Shown here: positions 1-9,220 of the stretch, piece by piece | How the letters are laid out: each line of letters opens with the position of its first letter | Position numbering within the stretch: position 1 is the first letter of the stretch | NCBI GenBank assembly: GCA_963724765.1 | Contig: CAVRVY010000001.1 | Coordinates: forward strand, 352,001-416,000 | DNA: 64,000 nt | Direction: 5' to 3' | Origin: an uncultured delta proteobacterium | GTDB taxonomy: Bacteria > Desulfobacterota > Binatia > Binatales > Binataceae | Made by a program: the position numbers and the translations under genes | The notes under the pieces: model-generated | What the model was told of the DNA's origin: nothing | The model's database searches: none | What the model saw: only the letters and a program-made list of their open reading frames with translations

Positions 1-366
1 ATATGAATGCGTGAAACGAAGCAGCCAAGGCCGCGGCCACGCGTTTCTCAACCGACTGCTCATCCCGGCGAAGGCCAATTTCCACTGCGATAAGGAACAG
101 GACAAAGGCGGCCGCCTGTGAACCACCATCCCGCTCGGGCGTGAAGGTTGCCGAACAGAAGAAAGCAGGATGGACCTCAAGCGGTGACAGCCTATCTCTG
201 AACTGACGCTCGAAACGCTGTCGAGACGTTGCATTTGACTGGAGCGGTGTGCCGGGCGAAATATGTTAGTACATGTTGGCAAAGACTTCTGGGTGTCCGG
301 GCTCTAGCTGGTTAGCGCGATTTGTCGCAGTCACGGCAGCGCTGTCGAAACGAGGTGTCGCGTCCG

Positions 367-1434
367 ATGGACGAAAACTCCGGCGTCGCCGACGAACTTA
401 GAAGTGTGGCTGAGGCAATTGCCCAGTCGGCAGTCGCCCGGGATTACGACCGGCGGCCCGCACTGCTCGCCAAATATGGAGAGCGGGGCAGAGCGATGTT
501 TCTCCAGGACGCCCGGTTTCACCAGTCCTATCTAGCCGACGCGATCAGCTTCGGCCGCCCGTCCATATTCAAGGATTATCTCGGATGGGTGAGCGCAGTG
601 CTTTCGGCGCGTGGCGTAGCGTCTGAAGATCTGATCGAAAACCTGAAGTGCGTGCGCGAGGCGCTCGTTGAGACGCTTTCGCATGAGAGCCTGGCCGTGG
701 TGCTCGAAGTTTTCGATGCGGGACTTGCCGGCGCCGGCGGCGCGGCAGGCGCGAGCGCGGATCAATCGGACCAGGCGCTGCCCGCGGACGGGCTTGCGAA
801 GCGCTACCTCGACTTTTTGCTGCGCGGCGAACGGCAGGCGGCGCTCGATCTGGTGCAGGATGCGATCCGCTCCGGAACCGGCATCAGGGAAATCTGGCTG
901 CGCGTGTTCCAGGACGCGCAAAACGAGCTCGGCCGCCTGTGGCAGTACAACAAGATAAGCATCGCCCAGGAGCACTATTGCACCGCCGCGACCCAGATGA
1001 TCATGTCTCTTCTCTATAGTCACGTTTTCTCCGCGCCGCGCAGCGGCCGCGTCCTGGTGACGGCGTGCGCGCCCGGCGAGATCCATGAGCTCGGGATGAG
1101 GATGGTTGCCGACTTCTTCGAGATGGACGGGTGGGACACTTATCATCTCGGCGCCAACATGCAGGCCGCGGCCCTGGTCGATTTCGTCGCGCAACGCCGG
1201 CCCGATCTGCTCGGGCTCTCCGCGACGATGACCTTTCATCTCGACCCGGTGGCCGCGATCGTTCGCGCGCTGCGCGCAAACCAGGAAACCCGTGCTGTAA
1301 GAATCATGGTGGGCGGCCATGCTTTCAACCTTGAACCCGAACTCTGGCGCGATATCGGTGCGGACGGGTATGCGTGCGATGCCGAGAGCGCGTTGATCGC
1401 GGCCGAACGCGTGGCGGCCGCGGCGAGGGGGTGA
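367..1434 (+). CDS. Cobalamin (B12)-binding protein, CarH-type B12 module with N-terminal globin/phycobiliprotein-like helical domain
   Basis: W-x9-EH motif ([13 protein letters not shown]), ExHxxG (EIHELG) and Rossmann motifs LLGLS and MVGG. ATG 367 is preceded by GAGGTG. No HTH domain. Confidence 0.85.
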   Translation: MDENSGVADELRSVAEAIAQSAVARDYDRRPALLAKYGERGRAMFLQDARFHQSYLADAISFGRPSIFKDYLGWVSAVLSARGVASEDLIENLKCVREALVETLSHESLAVVLEVFDAGLAGAGGAAGASADQSDQALPADGLAKRYLDFLLRGERQAALDLVQDAIRSGTGIREIWLRVFQDAQNELGRLWQYNKISIAQEHYCTAATQMIMSLLYSHVFSAPRSGRVLVTACAPGEIHELGMRMVADFFEMDGWDTYHLGANMQAAALVDFVAQRRPDLLGLSATMTFHLDPVAAIVRALRANQETRAVRIMVGGHAFNLEPELWRDIGADGYACDAESALIAAERVAAAARG

Positions 1435-2519
1435 GCGGGATGGAGGCTCGCCATCGCGCAGGAGTACTGCTCCGATGCACCCGGGACGGAGTAGTCATTT
1501 CAATAGTCAATGACGGCATTGGCCTCTCAGGTTCATTGAAAATTGGTAAGCCATTCTACTACTGCGCCTACGTTGACAATCAGGAACGGGCGAAGGCGCT
1601 GATCGGCGACCTGGGGAGTGCCGACGCCGTTTACGAGATGCCAATTTCCGTTGACTTGAACGGTCGCCCGAGGTTGCTGACATTTTCCGGGGCTGTCGTC
1701 GGTGACGAACTGATATTGGTGGGCTGCGCCGTCGAAGGCTCCACGAAGGATATTTACGAGGATCTGATCCGCATCAACAACGAGGAAACCAACGATTTGC
1801 GCACGGCGCTGAAGAGTCTGGAGCAGCGCAGCCGGCATGCCGCGATCGTCGCGCATGATCTCCGCAATTCCATCGCTGCCATCACCTCGAGCGTCGAGCT
1901 GTTGCTCGAAGACCGCGGCACCCTGGAACCGGACCAGCTGCAGTTCATCTCCATCATCGAGCGCACCAGCCGCTCGGCGCTCGCGTTGGTGGCCGATCTG
2001 CTGGATCTCACGCTGATCGAAACGGGACGGCTCGAGCTGAAAGTGAAATCGATCGATCTCGGCGCGCTGATCAACAAGAACGTGGAAGCCAACCGGCTGT
2101 TAGCGCGCCGCAAGAACATCCGGGTTGAAACCGAAATCGTCCCCGGGCTATCGGCGGTGAACGCCGATCCCTCGCGTGTGGAACAGGTACTTACGAATTT
2201 CATCAGCAACGCGATCAAGTATTCGGAGCCCGGCACCAACGTGACCGTGCGCGCCTCCGAGGCCGGCGGCGAGGTGCTGGTGGAAGTTTGCGACCAGGGC
2301 CAGGGAATTCCGTCAGAGGAAATAGGTAAACTGTTCCGGTTTTACCAGAAGACCAGCGTCCGGCCGACCGGCGGCGAGCAGAGCACCGGGCTTGGACTCG
2401 CGATCGCACGCCAGATCGTCGAAGCTCACGGCGGCAAGGTTGGCGTGGCGTCCGAAGTAGGGCGGGGCTCGACTTTCCATTTTACGCTCCCGATCAGTCG
2501 CGCCGCCTCCGCCGTCTGA
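1431..2519 (+). CDS. Sensor histidine kinase (short PAS-like N-terminus, HisKA, HATPase_c)
   Basis: H-box AHDLRNS, N-box [10 protein letters not shown]1 DQGQGI, G2 GLGLAI. GTG start overlaps the upstream TGA (GTGA); ATG 1440 is an alternative start. Confidence 0.9.
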   Translation: MSGMEARHRAGVLLRCTRDGVVISIVNDGIGLSGSLKIGKPFYYCAYVDNQERAKALIGDLGSADAVYEMPISVDLNGRPRLLTFSGAVVGDELILVGCAVEGSTKDIYEDLIRINNEETNDLRTALKSLEQRSRHAAIVAHDLRNSIAAITSSVELLLEDRGTLEPDQLQFISIIERTSRSALALVADLLDLTLIETGRLELKVKSIDLGALINKNVEANRLLARRKNIRVETEIVPGLSAVNADPSRVEQVLTNFISNAIKYSEPGTNVTVRASEAGGEVLVEVCDQGQGIPSEEIGKLFRFYQKTSVRPTGGEQSTGLGLAIARQIVEAHGGKVGVASEVGRGSTFHFTLPISRAASAV

Positions 2520-2548
2520 GGTGAATTCGGCCGTGGAGGAGAGCCCCG

Positions 2549-2713
2549 ATGATCGTTGCCGTCTCGAGGTTCAAGGTCGGCGCCCAAGCAAGCATCTCAG
2601 GTGATGGCGCGGCATCCACGCGCCCATTGCGTTTCAATTCCGCGTTGTTTGCGTATCGGGATCATCTTTTGGGACAATTCCAACATCTGCGGCATCTGAC
2701 GGGATCGGTATGA
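2549..2713 (+). pseudogene. Probable truncated antibiotic-biosynthesis-monooxygenase (ABM/heme-degrading monooxygenase-like) gene remnant
   Basis: Strong RBS GGAGGAG, then ATG ATC GTT GCC GTC TCG AGG TTC AAG GTC = MIVAVSRFKV, a typical ABM first beta-strand. The sequence after that is unrelated to ABM, and the ORF is only 54 aa. Confidence 0.5.
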
Positions 2714-2732
2714 GACTCGCGGGGTGAGAGCG

Positions 2733-3734
2733 ATGGCTGAGCAATTCACGATCTGTGTGGGAACGGTGGGCGCCGGAGTGTGGTTCAGCCCCGATGGCGG
2801 CGACCATTGGCGGCGCAGCAAGATGGCGCTGCCGTTTCACGCCGAGCCCGGCGAAATCCAGATTCGCGCGCTGGCGCTTTCGCCTCACGACCCGCATCAG
2901 CTGTATGCCGGCTCCGAAGCCGGCCTCTATCGAAGCATGGATAATGGCGCGAGCTTTGAGCTGGTACTCTCGCCGATGGATGGGATGCAGATCTGGTCGG
3001 TCGCCGTTCATCCGCAGGACCCGGATGTCATCTATGCCGGCACCAAGCCGCCCGCGGTGTTCCGTACGCTCGACGGGGGCAAGCGATGGGAGCGGCTTGC
3101 GATCCCGATTGCCGAGAAGTGCCTCGCCGGTGCGCCCAAGGTCACCAACGTCGTATTCGATCCGCGCGACCCGCGCACGATTTGGATGAGCGTCGAGATC
3201 GACGGCGTATACCGCAGCCGTGACGGCGGCGACTCCTGGAGCCATTGCCCGGCGCTCGGCGACAAGCCGCTCAACCAGGACATTCATGGCCTGGCGGTGC
3301 GGCTCGGCCGCCCGGCGGAGATTCTCGCCACCACGCCCGACGGCCTGTGGCGCAGCGCCGACGAAGGCGAGCGCTGGTCGCTGCACGGCTTCCCGCGCTT
3401 CGCCGAGCGCGACACCATCTCCTATTGCCGCGGCGTGGCACTGAGACCCGGCAATCCCGACGTCATCTTCGTGGCCAACGGCGACTTCATACCGGGCAAA
3501 CGAGGCGCGATCCAACGTACCACCGACGGCGGCGCAACCTGGGAGAAGTGCGCGCTTGAAGTGGAGCCGAACTCCACGATGTACTGGTTCGGTGTCAACC
3601 CCGCAAATCCCGACGTCGTGGTCGCCAACAGCCTGCACGGTTACGTCTATGCCAGCCGCGACGGCGGCGCCTCGTGGGAAAAGCTGCGGCGCGAGTTCGG
3701 TGAGATTCGCGCGCTAGCCTGGCTGCCGAACTGA
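2733..3734 (+). CDS. BNR/Asp-box repeat beta-propeller protein (YCF48/sialidase-like fold), cytoplasmic
   Basis: Repeated SxDxGxTW boxes (SPDGGDHW, SMDNGASF, TLDGGKRW, SRDGGDSW, TTDGGATW, SRDGGASW). No signal peptide. Confidence 0.85.
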   Translation: MAEQFTICVGTVGAGVWFSPDGGDHWRRSKMALPFHAEPGEIQIRALALSPHDPHQLYAGSEAGLYRSMDNGASFELVLSPMDGMQIWSVAVHPQDPDVIYAGTKPPAVFRTLDGGKRWERLAIPIAEKCLAGAPKVTNVVFDPRDPRTIWMSVEIDGVYRSRDGGDSWSHCPALGDKPLNQDIHGLAVRLGRPAEILATTPDGLWRSADEGERWSLHGFPRFAERDTISYCRGVALRPGNPDVIFVANGDFIPGKRGAIQRTTDGGATWEKCALEVEPNSTMYWFGVNPANPDVVVANSLHGYVYASRDGGASWEKLRREFGEIRALAWLPN

Positions 3735-3757
3735 AACAGGGAAAGAACGGAGATCCG

Positions 3758-4717
3758 ATGAACGAACCAAGCCATCACTTCGTCGAGACCAACGGCATTC
3801 GGATGCACTACGTGGAGGCCGGCAAGGGGCCGTTGGTCATTCTGTGCCATGGGTTTCCGGAATCGTGGTATTCGTGGCGCCATCAGATAGCGGCGCTCGC
3901 CGAGGCGGGCTTCCGCGTCGTAGCGCCCGACCAGCGCGGCTATGGTCAGACCGATCGCCCCGAGGCGGTCGGCGCATACAGCATCTTGCACATGGCCGGC
4001 GATATCGTCGGGATGGTTAACGCGCTCGGGCAGCGCTCGGCCGCGATCGTCGGGCACGACTGGGGCGCGCCCGTGGCCTGGTTCTCGGCTCAGTTGCGCC
4101 CGGATCTCTTCAGCGCCGTGGGGTTATTGAGCGTTCCGTACATCCCGCGCGGGCCGCTGCGCCCCAGTGCGATCGCCAAGGCGGTGTTCGGCGACAAAAT
4201 TTTCTACCAGGAATATTTCCAGCAGGAGGGCACGGCCGAGCGCGAGCTCGAGCGCGACGTGCGCGCGAGCCTGCTGGCGACATTCTATTCCCTCTCGGGC
4301 GACGCCGCGCCGAACGAACGATGGCGTTACGCGTTCGGCCGCGACGAGAATTTCCTCGATAGCGTCGTAGTACCTCGCAGCCTGCCGCCATGGCTCAGCG
4401 AGGCGGACCTCGAGTTCTTCACCGCCGAGTTCAAGCGCACCGGGTTTCGCGGCGGGCTCAACTGGTATCGCAATATCGATCGCACCTGGGAGCTGACCGG
4501 GTTTCTCGACGGTGCGAAGCTGGGTCAGCCGGCGCTGTTCGTCGCTGGTGACAAGGACGCGGTGGTCGAATTCTACGCCGACGCGTACCGGGCGCTCGAA
4601 ATCAACGCGCCGAACCTGGCGAAGAAGGTTCTGCTCGCCGGTGCGGGCCATTGGGTACAACAGGAGCGTCCAGCCGAGGTGAACCGGTTACTAATCGAGT
4701 TCCTGCGCTCAGTCTGA
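3758..4717 (+). CDS. Soluble epoxide hydrolase (alpha/beta hydrolase, EphA-like)
   Basis: HGFPESWYSW, nucleophile GHDWGA, GGLNWYRN and GHWVQQE. Confidence 0.9.
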   Translation: MNEPSHHFVETNGIRMHYVEAGKGPLVILCHGFPESWYSWRHQIAALAEAGFRVVAPDQRGYGQTDRPEAVGAYSILHMAGDIVGMVNALGQRSAAIVGHDWGAPVAWFSAQLRPDLFSAVGLLSVPYIPRGPLRPSAIAKAVFGDKIFYQEYFQQEGTAERELERDVRASLLATFYSLSGDAAPNERWRYAFGRDENFLDSVVVPRSLPPWLSEADLEFFTAEFKRTGFRGGLNWYRNIDRTWELTGFLDGAKLGQPALFVAGDKDAVVEFYADAYRALEINAPNLAKKVLLAGAGHWVQQERPAEVNRLLIEFLRSV

Positions 4718-6608
4718 CGCGCGCGCTCCTCAAGCCTGCCGATGTACCATTCGCTGAATGTACAGGGCGGCCGAGAAAGCTTCGCAAAACGTCGGGATGG
4801 ACCGGTTTCACCAGATGTTCATCGCAGCCCGCCTCTTTGGACAGGCGGCGATGCGCTTCATGCCCATACCCACTTAATGCGACGATCATCAGGTCCGCGC
4901 GTTTAGTCTGGCTTCGCATCCGACGAGCCACTTCAAAGCCGTCCACATCGGGCAGGCCGATATCGAGAAAGACTATGTCCGGCTCGAAGGTGCGCAGCAT
5001 CTCGAGCGCCATCGCCCCGTCTTGCGCGATGCTGACAGCGTGACCGTCGCGCGCGAGAACCATCTTCAAAGACTTGGCGATATCGTCGTTATCCTCGACC
5101 AGAAGAATACGCCGGGTCGGCCCGCTCGACTGCCTGCTCGTCTTCTTCGGCGCGTTGTCCATCGAAGGCCTTGGTATGATGGGCAACCGAACCGTGAATT
5201 CACTGCCCTTGCCGGGTCCTCCGCTCACCGCCTCGACGGTACCGCCATGCAGGTTCGCCAGATTTCGCACCAGCGTCAATCCGAGGCCGAGGCCCCTTGT
5301 GGCGGGTTTCGACGACCCATTGAGCTGCGTATAGAGATCGAAGATGCTTTCGAGTCGATCCTTCGGGATGCCAATTCCGTTGTCGTGAACCCTGATGCAA
5401 ACGTCTCCCTCCGCGCATTGGGCCGCGATCGAGATTTCACCGTCTTTGGGCGTGTACTTCGCCGCATTGTCCAGGAGGTTCGACAACAGTTGAACCAGTC
5501 GCACCGGGTCGCCGTAGATATGAACCGGTTCTTGCGGAATTCGAACGGACAGCCGGTGCTGGCGACGCTCGAACTGAGCGTGCGTAGCCTCGATAGCCTG
5601 GTCGACGATCATTCTGAGCTCGATCGGCTCCTTGTGGACTTCCAACTCACCGCGACCGATGCGGGACAGGTCCATCAGATCATCGACCATCCGCGATAGG
5701 TGGCGGGCCTGGCGTCCCACGATGTCGACAGCTTGCAAGAGATCGGCCTGCAAAAGATCAGCCTGCGGAAGATCGGTTCGAGGGAGATCGGTTCGAGGGA
5801 GATCGGTTCGAGGGAGATCGGTTCGAGGGAGATCGGTTCGAGGGAGATCGGTTCGAGGGAGATCGGTTCGAGGAAGATCGGTTCGAGGAAGATCGACATC
5901 GTACTCGCTGATCTTTCGCGCCATCTGATGTGCGCTTATGATCGCAGCCAGCGGGCTCCTCAATTCATGAGCGATCATAGCCAAAAACTCATCCTTATGC
6001 CGGCTCGACTCCGCCGCCAGTTCGCACGCTCGCCACAATTGCCAGCCCGCTGAAGCGAACTGTGCGAGTGTGCCCATGACGCGCTCGTCCTCCCGATCGA
6101 ATTTCCGCTCGAAGTTGTTGGCTACGATCCAGACTGTTCCAACCGGTTTGCCATGGTCGTGAAAGGGTATGAGAAGCACCTCCACGAAACGCGGCTCAGT
6201 CAGGAGCGCTGGAAAACAGCGATCCGGCAGATGCATCAGCTGAGCGGTGTTCTGATCGATGCAAACCCCGCAGGGACTGGCGTCACGAGGCATCGTGGAA
6301 CCTCGATAGGAGGCGAAGACCCCAGCCAGAGCCTCCCAGCGAAAGACGTCGCCCTCCAAGATGCTGATCCCGACAGTGTCGGCCTGGCAGAGATCGACCG
6401 CCGTCTCGACCAATCGCTGGAGCATGTTGCGCGGGTTCGCGACCATTTCGGCGGCGAGCATCGCCATCGCCCGATGCTCGGCCTCATAGTCGGGTGTCCG
6501 CTGAGGGCGATCGCACAGCGCGGAGCGGATGTCGACCTCTTCGAAAGTCGCTGTGGGTCTGGCCAAATCCGTCAGGCGAAGGGGGGAAGTGTCGTCGGTG
6601 GTGTTCAT
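4602..6608 (-). CDS. Hybrid histidine kinase/response regulator (GAF-HisKA-HATPase-REC) with an internal tandem repeat
   Basis: GAF-like N-region, AHELRSPL H-box, NLLDNAAKY, DNGIGI, GLGLGL, and REC motifs LVEDN, LDIGLP and KP. The 3' end overlaps the epoxide hydrolase by 116 bp. Confidence 0.9.
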   Translation of the reverse strand: MNTTDDTSPLRLTDLARPTATFEEVDIRSALCDRPQRTPDYEAEHRAMAMLAAEMVANPRNMLQRLVETAVDLCQADTVGISILEGDVFRWEALAGVFASYRGSTMPRDASPCGVCIDQNTAQLMHLPDRCFPALLTEPRFVEVLLIPFHDHGKPVGTVWIVANNFERKFDREDERVMGTLAQFASAGWQLWRACELAAESSRHKDEFLAMIAHELRSPLAAIISAHQMARKISEYDVDLPRTDLPRTDLPRTDLPRTDLPRTDLPRTDLPRTDLPRTDLPQADLLQADLLQAVDIVGRQARHLSRMVDDLMDLSRIGRGELEVHKEPIELRMIVDQAIEATHAQFERRQHRLSVRIPQEPVHIYGDPVRLVQLLSNLLDNAAKYTPKDGEISIAAQCAEGDVCIRVHDNGIGIPKDRLESIFDLYTQLNGSSKPATRGLGLGLTLVRNLANLHGGTVEAVSGGPGKGSEFTVRLPIIPRPSMDNAPKKTSRQSSGPTRRILLVEDNDDIAKSLKMVLARDGHAVSIAQDGAMALEMLRTFEPDIVFLDIGLPDVDGFEVARRMRSQTKRADLMIVALSGYGHEAHRRLSKEAGCDEHLVKPVHPDVLRSFLGRPVHSANGTSAGLRSARVRLSAGTRLVTGSPRLDAPVVPNGPHRRAEPSSPGSAR
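5730..5894. repeat. 15-bp coding tandem repeat, 11 units: (DLPRT)x8-DLPQA-(DLLQA)x2
   Basis: Six identical GGTTCGAGGGAGATC units (5775-5864), two GGTTCGAGGAAGATC units (5865-5894) and three degenerate units (5730-5774). Confidence 0.97.
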
Positions 6609-7048
6609 CGCAAGGTCCCTTGGGACATGCGTCCCAGCTTAAAGTCCATCACTTCACTCATCATTTCGTTAGGACCGACTTGATCAACACGCTGATCAGA
6701 ATCGCATGACACGCCTCACGGCGTTTCTCCGAACAATTGCAATTCGTACCTCATTTCGTGGCTAACAACTTACGACAAAGAACACGTCAGAAGAAACGAA
6801 AGACGGCTGAAGAACCGTTAAGATTGAAGAAAATGTTCTGCACGGAACGAAGTGTGTCGCAATGAATCAGACCGGAAGTCGGCTCTAATCCGTAGGCAGG
6901 TGTCTTCCATTTGCATTTCGTCCACGCCGCGTGCGATCAAGCGCACTCGGAAATCCAGCGGCGGACTAGGTCGTGGTTGTGCTCCTGCGAAGGGTTGTAT
7001 TTTTTACGTTATCTCCTGCGCTCGATCTGACGGGCGCATAGGCCCCGT

Positions 7049-7921
7049 TTAGAGAATCTTGTCGGTCACCGAGCGCGGGTCGCGCGTGCTCCAGCGGCCG
7101 GCCTCGACCTGGTGGAAAAATTCGTCGGCCAGCGCGTTGAATAGTCCCGGCTCCTCCAGGTTGAGCGCATGTCCGGTCTTCGGCAGTATCGCGAGTCCCG
7201 CGGTCGCGATCGTCCGCTTCATCAGCACCGACGCCTCGATACATGGGTCGTCCTCGTCGCCGGTCATCACCAGCGTCGGCACTGTTATCTTCTTCATCTC
7301 GTCGACCAGGTCGAAGAGCGAAGGGCGCTGCTTCTGCACGCCGCGCAGCGTGTTGGCGGAGCCGAGCGCCGAGTGCTCGGCCATCTGCGCGGCGAACTCA
7401 TGCCATCCGCGCGGGTCCTTGTTCTGCAGTTGCACGCGCGTCGCGCCCAGCGCGTAGCGTTTTGCGCCCTCGGCCATCCCGATCCGATCGAACATCTCGG
7501 CTGCGTGCTCGGCCTCGCCCTGGAACTGCGCGCGTTTACTCTTCTCCGCGCCGTAGCCGCATCCGCCGATCACCAGCGAATGCGCACGGTCGCCGTAGCG
7601 CATCCCGAAGTGCAGCGTGGCGAACCCGCCCATCGAGATGCCGACCACATGCGCCTTTTGGATCCCCAATCCATCAAGCACGGCACGGATGTCGTCACGG
7701 GCACGCGCCTGCGAGTATTTCGCGACCTCGGCGGGAACGTCCGAGGGCGGATAGCCGCGCGCGTTGTAGGCGACGCATCGGTAGCGGCGCGAGAAGTGGC
7801 GCATCTGCGGCTCGTAGCTGCGATAGTCGCCGGCAAACTCGTGAACGAAGACGATCGGGATGCCCTGACCGGCCTCTTCGTAGTAGAGCTTCACGCCATC
7901 GTCGGTGGTCACATGCGGCAT
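7049..7921 (-). CDS. Alpha/beta fold hydrolase
   Basis: HEFAGD, nucleophile elbow GISMGG, GDEDD and TGH. Start moved to MPHVTT at 7921, with GGAGA upstream. Confidence 0.88.
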   Translation of the reverse strand: MPHVTTDDGVKLYYEEAGQGIPIVFVHEFAGDYRSYEPQMRHFSRRYRCVAYNARGYPPSDVPAEVAKYSQARARDDIRAVLDGLGIQKAHVVGISMGGFATLHFGMRYGDRAHSLVIGGCGYGAEKSKRAQFQGEAEHAAEMFDRIGMAEGAKRYALGATRVQLQNKDPRGWHEFAAQMAEHSALGSANTLRGVQKQRPSLFDLVDEMKKITVPTLVMTGDEDDPCIEASVLMKRTIATAGLAILPKTGHALNLEEPGLFNALADEFFHQVEAGRWSTRDPRSVTDKIL

Positions 7922-8152
7922 CGCGTCATCTCCCGAAGAGGTTTCAACTGATCGGAGTTGAGCTCGAAATAAGCAAATCTCCCGGCTCTCTGGAAGCATT
8001 CGTAAATGAAATCCGTCGACCCAGCGTTTGTAATACGTTTGGTCTTGATGCAAGCCTGACTCTGCGTTCAAAATGCAGAGTCAGGCAACGGCCGCCGAAC
8101 CTAACTTTCCGAAGACAGCAGGACAGATGGGAAGCTCAAAAGGGGTTCAAAG

Positions 8153-9163
8153 ATGTCCAATCATTTTACTGGTTTGAGCCTCGGTCCTCCACTTGGGGAT
8201 CAAAGACTCGACTTATGCGATCTCTACGCGTTCCAGTCGCCGACGGATTCGACAAGGACCGTGCTCATCCTCAATGCAAATCCGAACGCAGACGCGCTTC
8301 ATCCCGACGCCATCTACCGCCTCAACATCGACAACGACGGAGATTGTTTGACTGACATCGCGATCAGTTACGTGTTCTCGACGCCGCAAAACGGCAAGCA
8401 GACAGTGAACGTCTTCGTGGCAAAAGCCGCGGAAGCCCACTCGGTCGAAGCTGTCGGGACGAAGATCATCGCCGACGCCGAGGTTTCCTTCAGCGCCAAA
8501 CCCAACATCGTCAAGTCCGGCGCCTACACATTCTTCGCCGGCAGCCGCAGCGACGCCTTCTTCTTCGACTTCGACGGAATCAAGAATCTGTTCGATATCC
8601 GGGGCAAACGGAACTTTACCGAGCCTCACCTGGGCAGCAAGTCTCCGTGGACCGGCGTCGATTCAAACACGGAAGCCAATGTGTTCTCGACAGTGATCGA
8701 GCTCCCGACGAGCGAGCTTGCCCCCAAGCCCGAGATCCACATCTGGGGGCGATGCAGTGTGCGCAAGGACGGCAAGCTGCTGCATGTCGATCGTGCCGGC
8801 CATCCGAGTGTAAGCAGCTTCTTCAACACCGACGACACCAAGTTGGAGTACAACGCCAGCGAGCCGGTGAACGATCGCAAGCGCTGGCTCGATCAGTTCG
8901 TCCATCTGATGGGGCATACGGGCAATTACACGCGTGAAGAAGCGATCGCCGCGATAGACAAGGAGCGCACACTGCCCGACGTGCTGAGTTTCGACCCTTC
9001 GAAGCCCGCGAAGTATCCCAACGGGCGCGTCTTCACAGACGACGTGATTGATTACCGTCTCGCGTTCCTGACGAAGGATCAATGTCCGCCAAGCGGCCTC
9101 AAGCCGCACACCGACATTCGCAAGGAATTCCCGTATATCGGCACGCCGCATTCAAAACCCTGA
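8153..9163 (+). CDS. DUF4331 family protein
   Basis: MSNH start, DLCDLYAF, FFAGSRSDAFFFD, DRAGHP and C-terminal YPNGRVFTDDVID...FPY match DUF4331 motifs. Confidence 0.8.
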   Translation: MSNHFTGLSLGPPLGDQRLDLCDLYAFQSPTDSTRTVLILNANPNADALHPDAIYRLNIDNDGDCLTDIAISYVFSTPQNGKQTVNVFVAKAAEAHSVEAVGTKIIADAEVSFSAKPNIVKSGAYTFFAGSRSDAFFFDFDGIKNLFDIRGKRNFTEPHLGSKSPWTGVDSNTEANVFSTVIELPTSELAPKPEIHIWGRCSVRKDGKLLHVDRAGHPSVSSFFNTDDTKLEYNASEPVNDRKRWLDQFVHLMGHTGNYTREEAIAAIDKERTLPDVLSFDPSKPAKYPNGRVFTDDVIDYRLAFLTKDQCPPSGLKPHTDIRKEFPYIGTPHSKP

Positions 9164-9220
9164 CCCACTTGAGCGAATCGGGCAGGCCGCGAATGCGGTC
9201 GATGCCGAAATGGAGTCTCT

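Noticed and set aside
1-320. Possible gene end or ncRNA (including a cobalamin riboswitch) upstream of the B12-binding gene
   Set aside because: Open frames on both strands are short and unrecognisable. I could not identify a B12-box or other conserved riboswitch core by eye; an Infernal/Rfam scan would settle it.
5730-5894. Possible CRISPR array or iteron cluster
   Set aside because: Units are contiguous 15-mers with no spacers, lie in frame inside a kinase gene, and no cas or rep gene is present.
6610-7045. AT-richer intergenic region as an ncRNA or mobile-element end
   Set aside because: No recognisable RNA family, terminal inverted repeat or target duplication was seen. Most simply it is the kinase promoter region.
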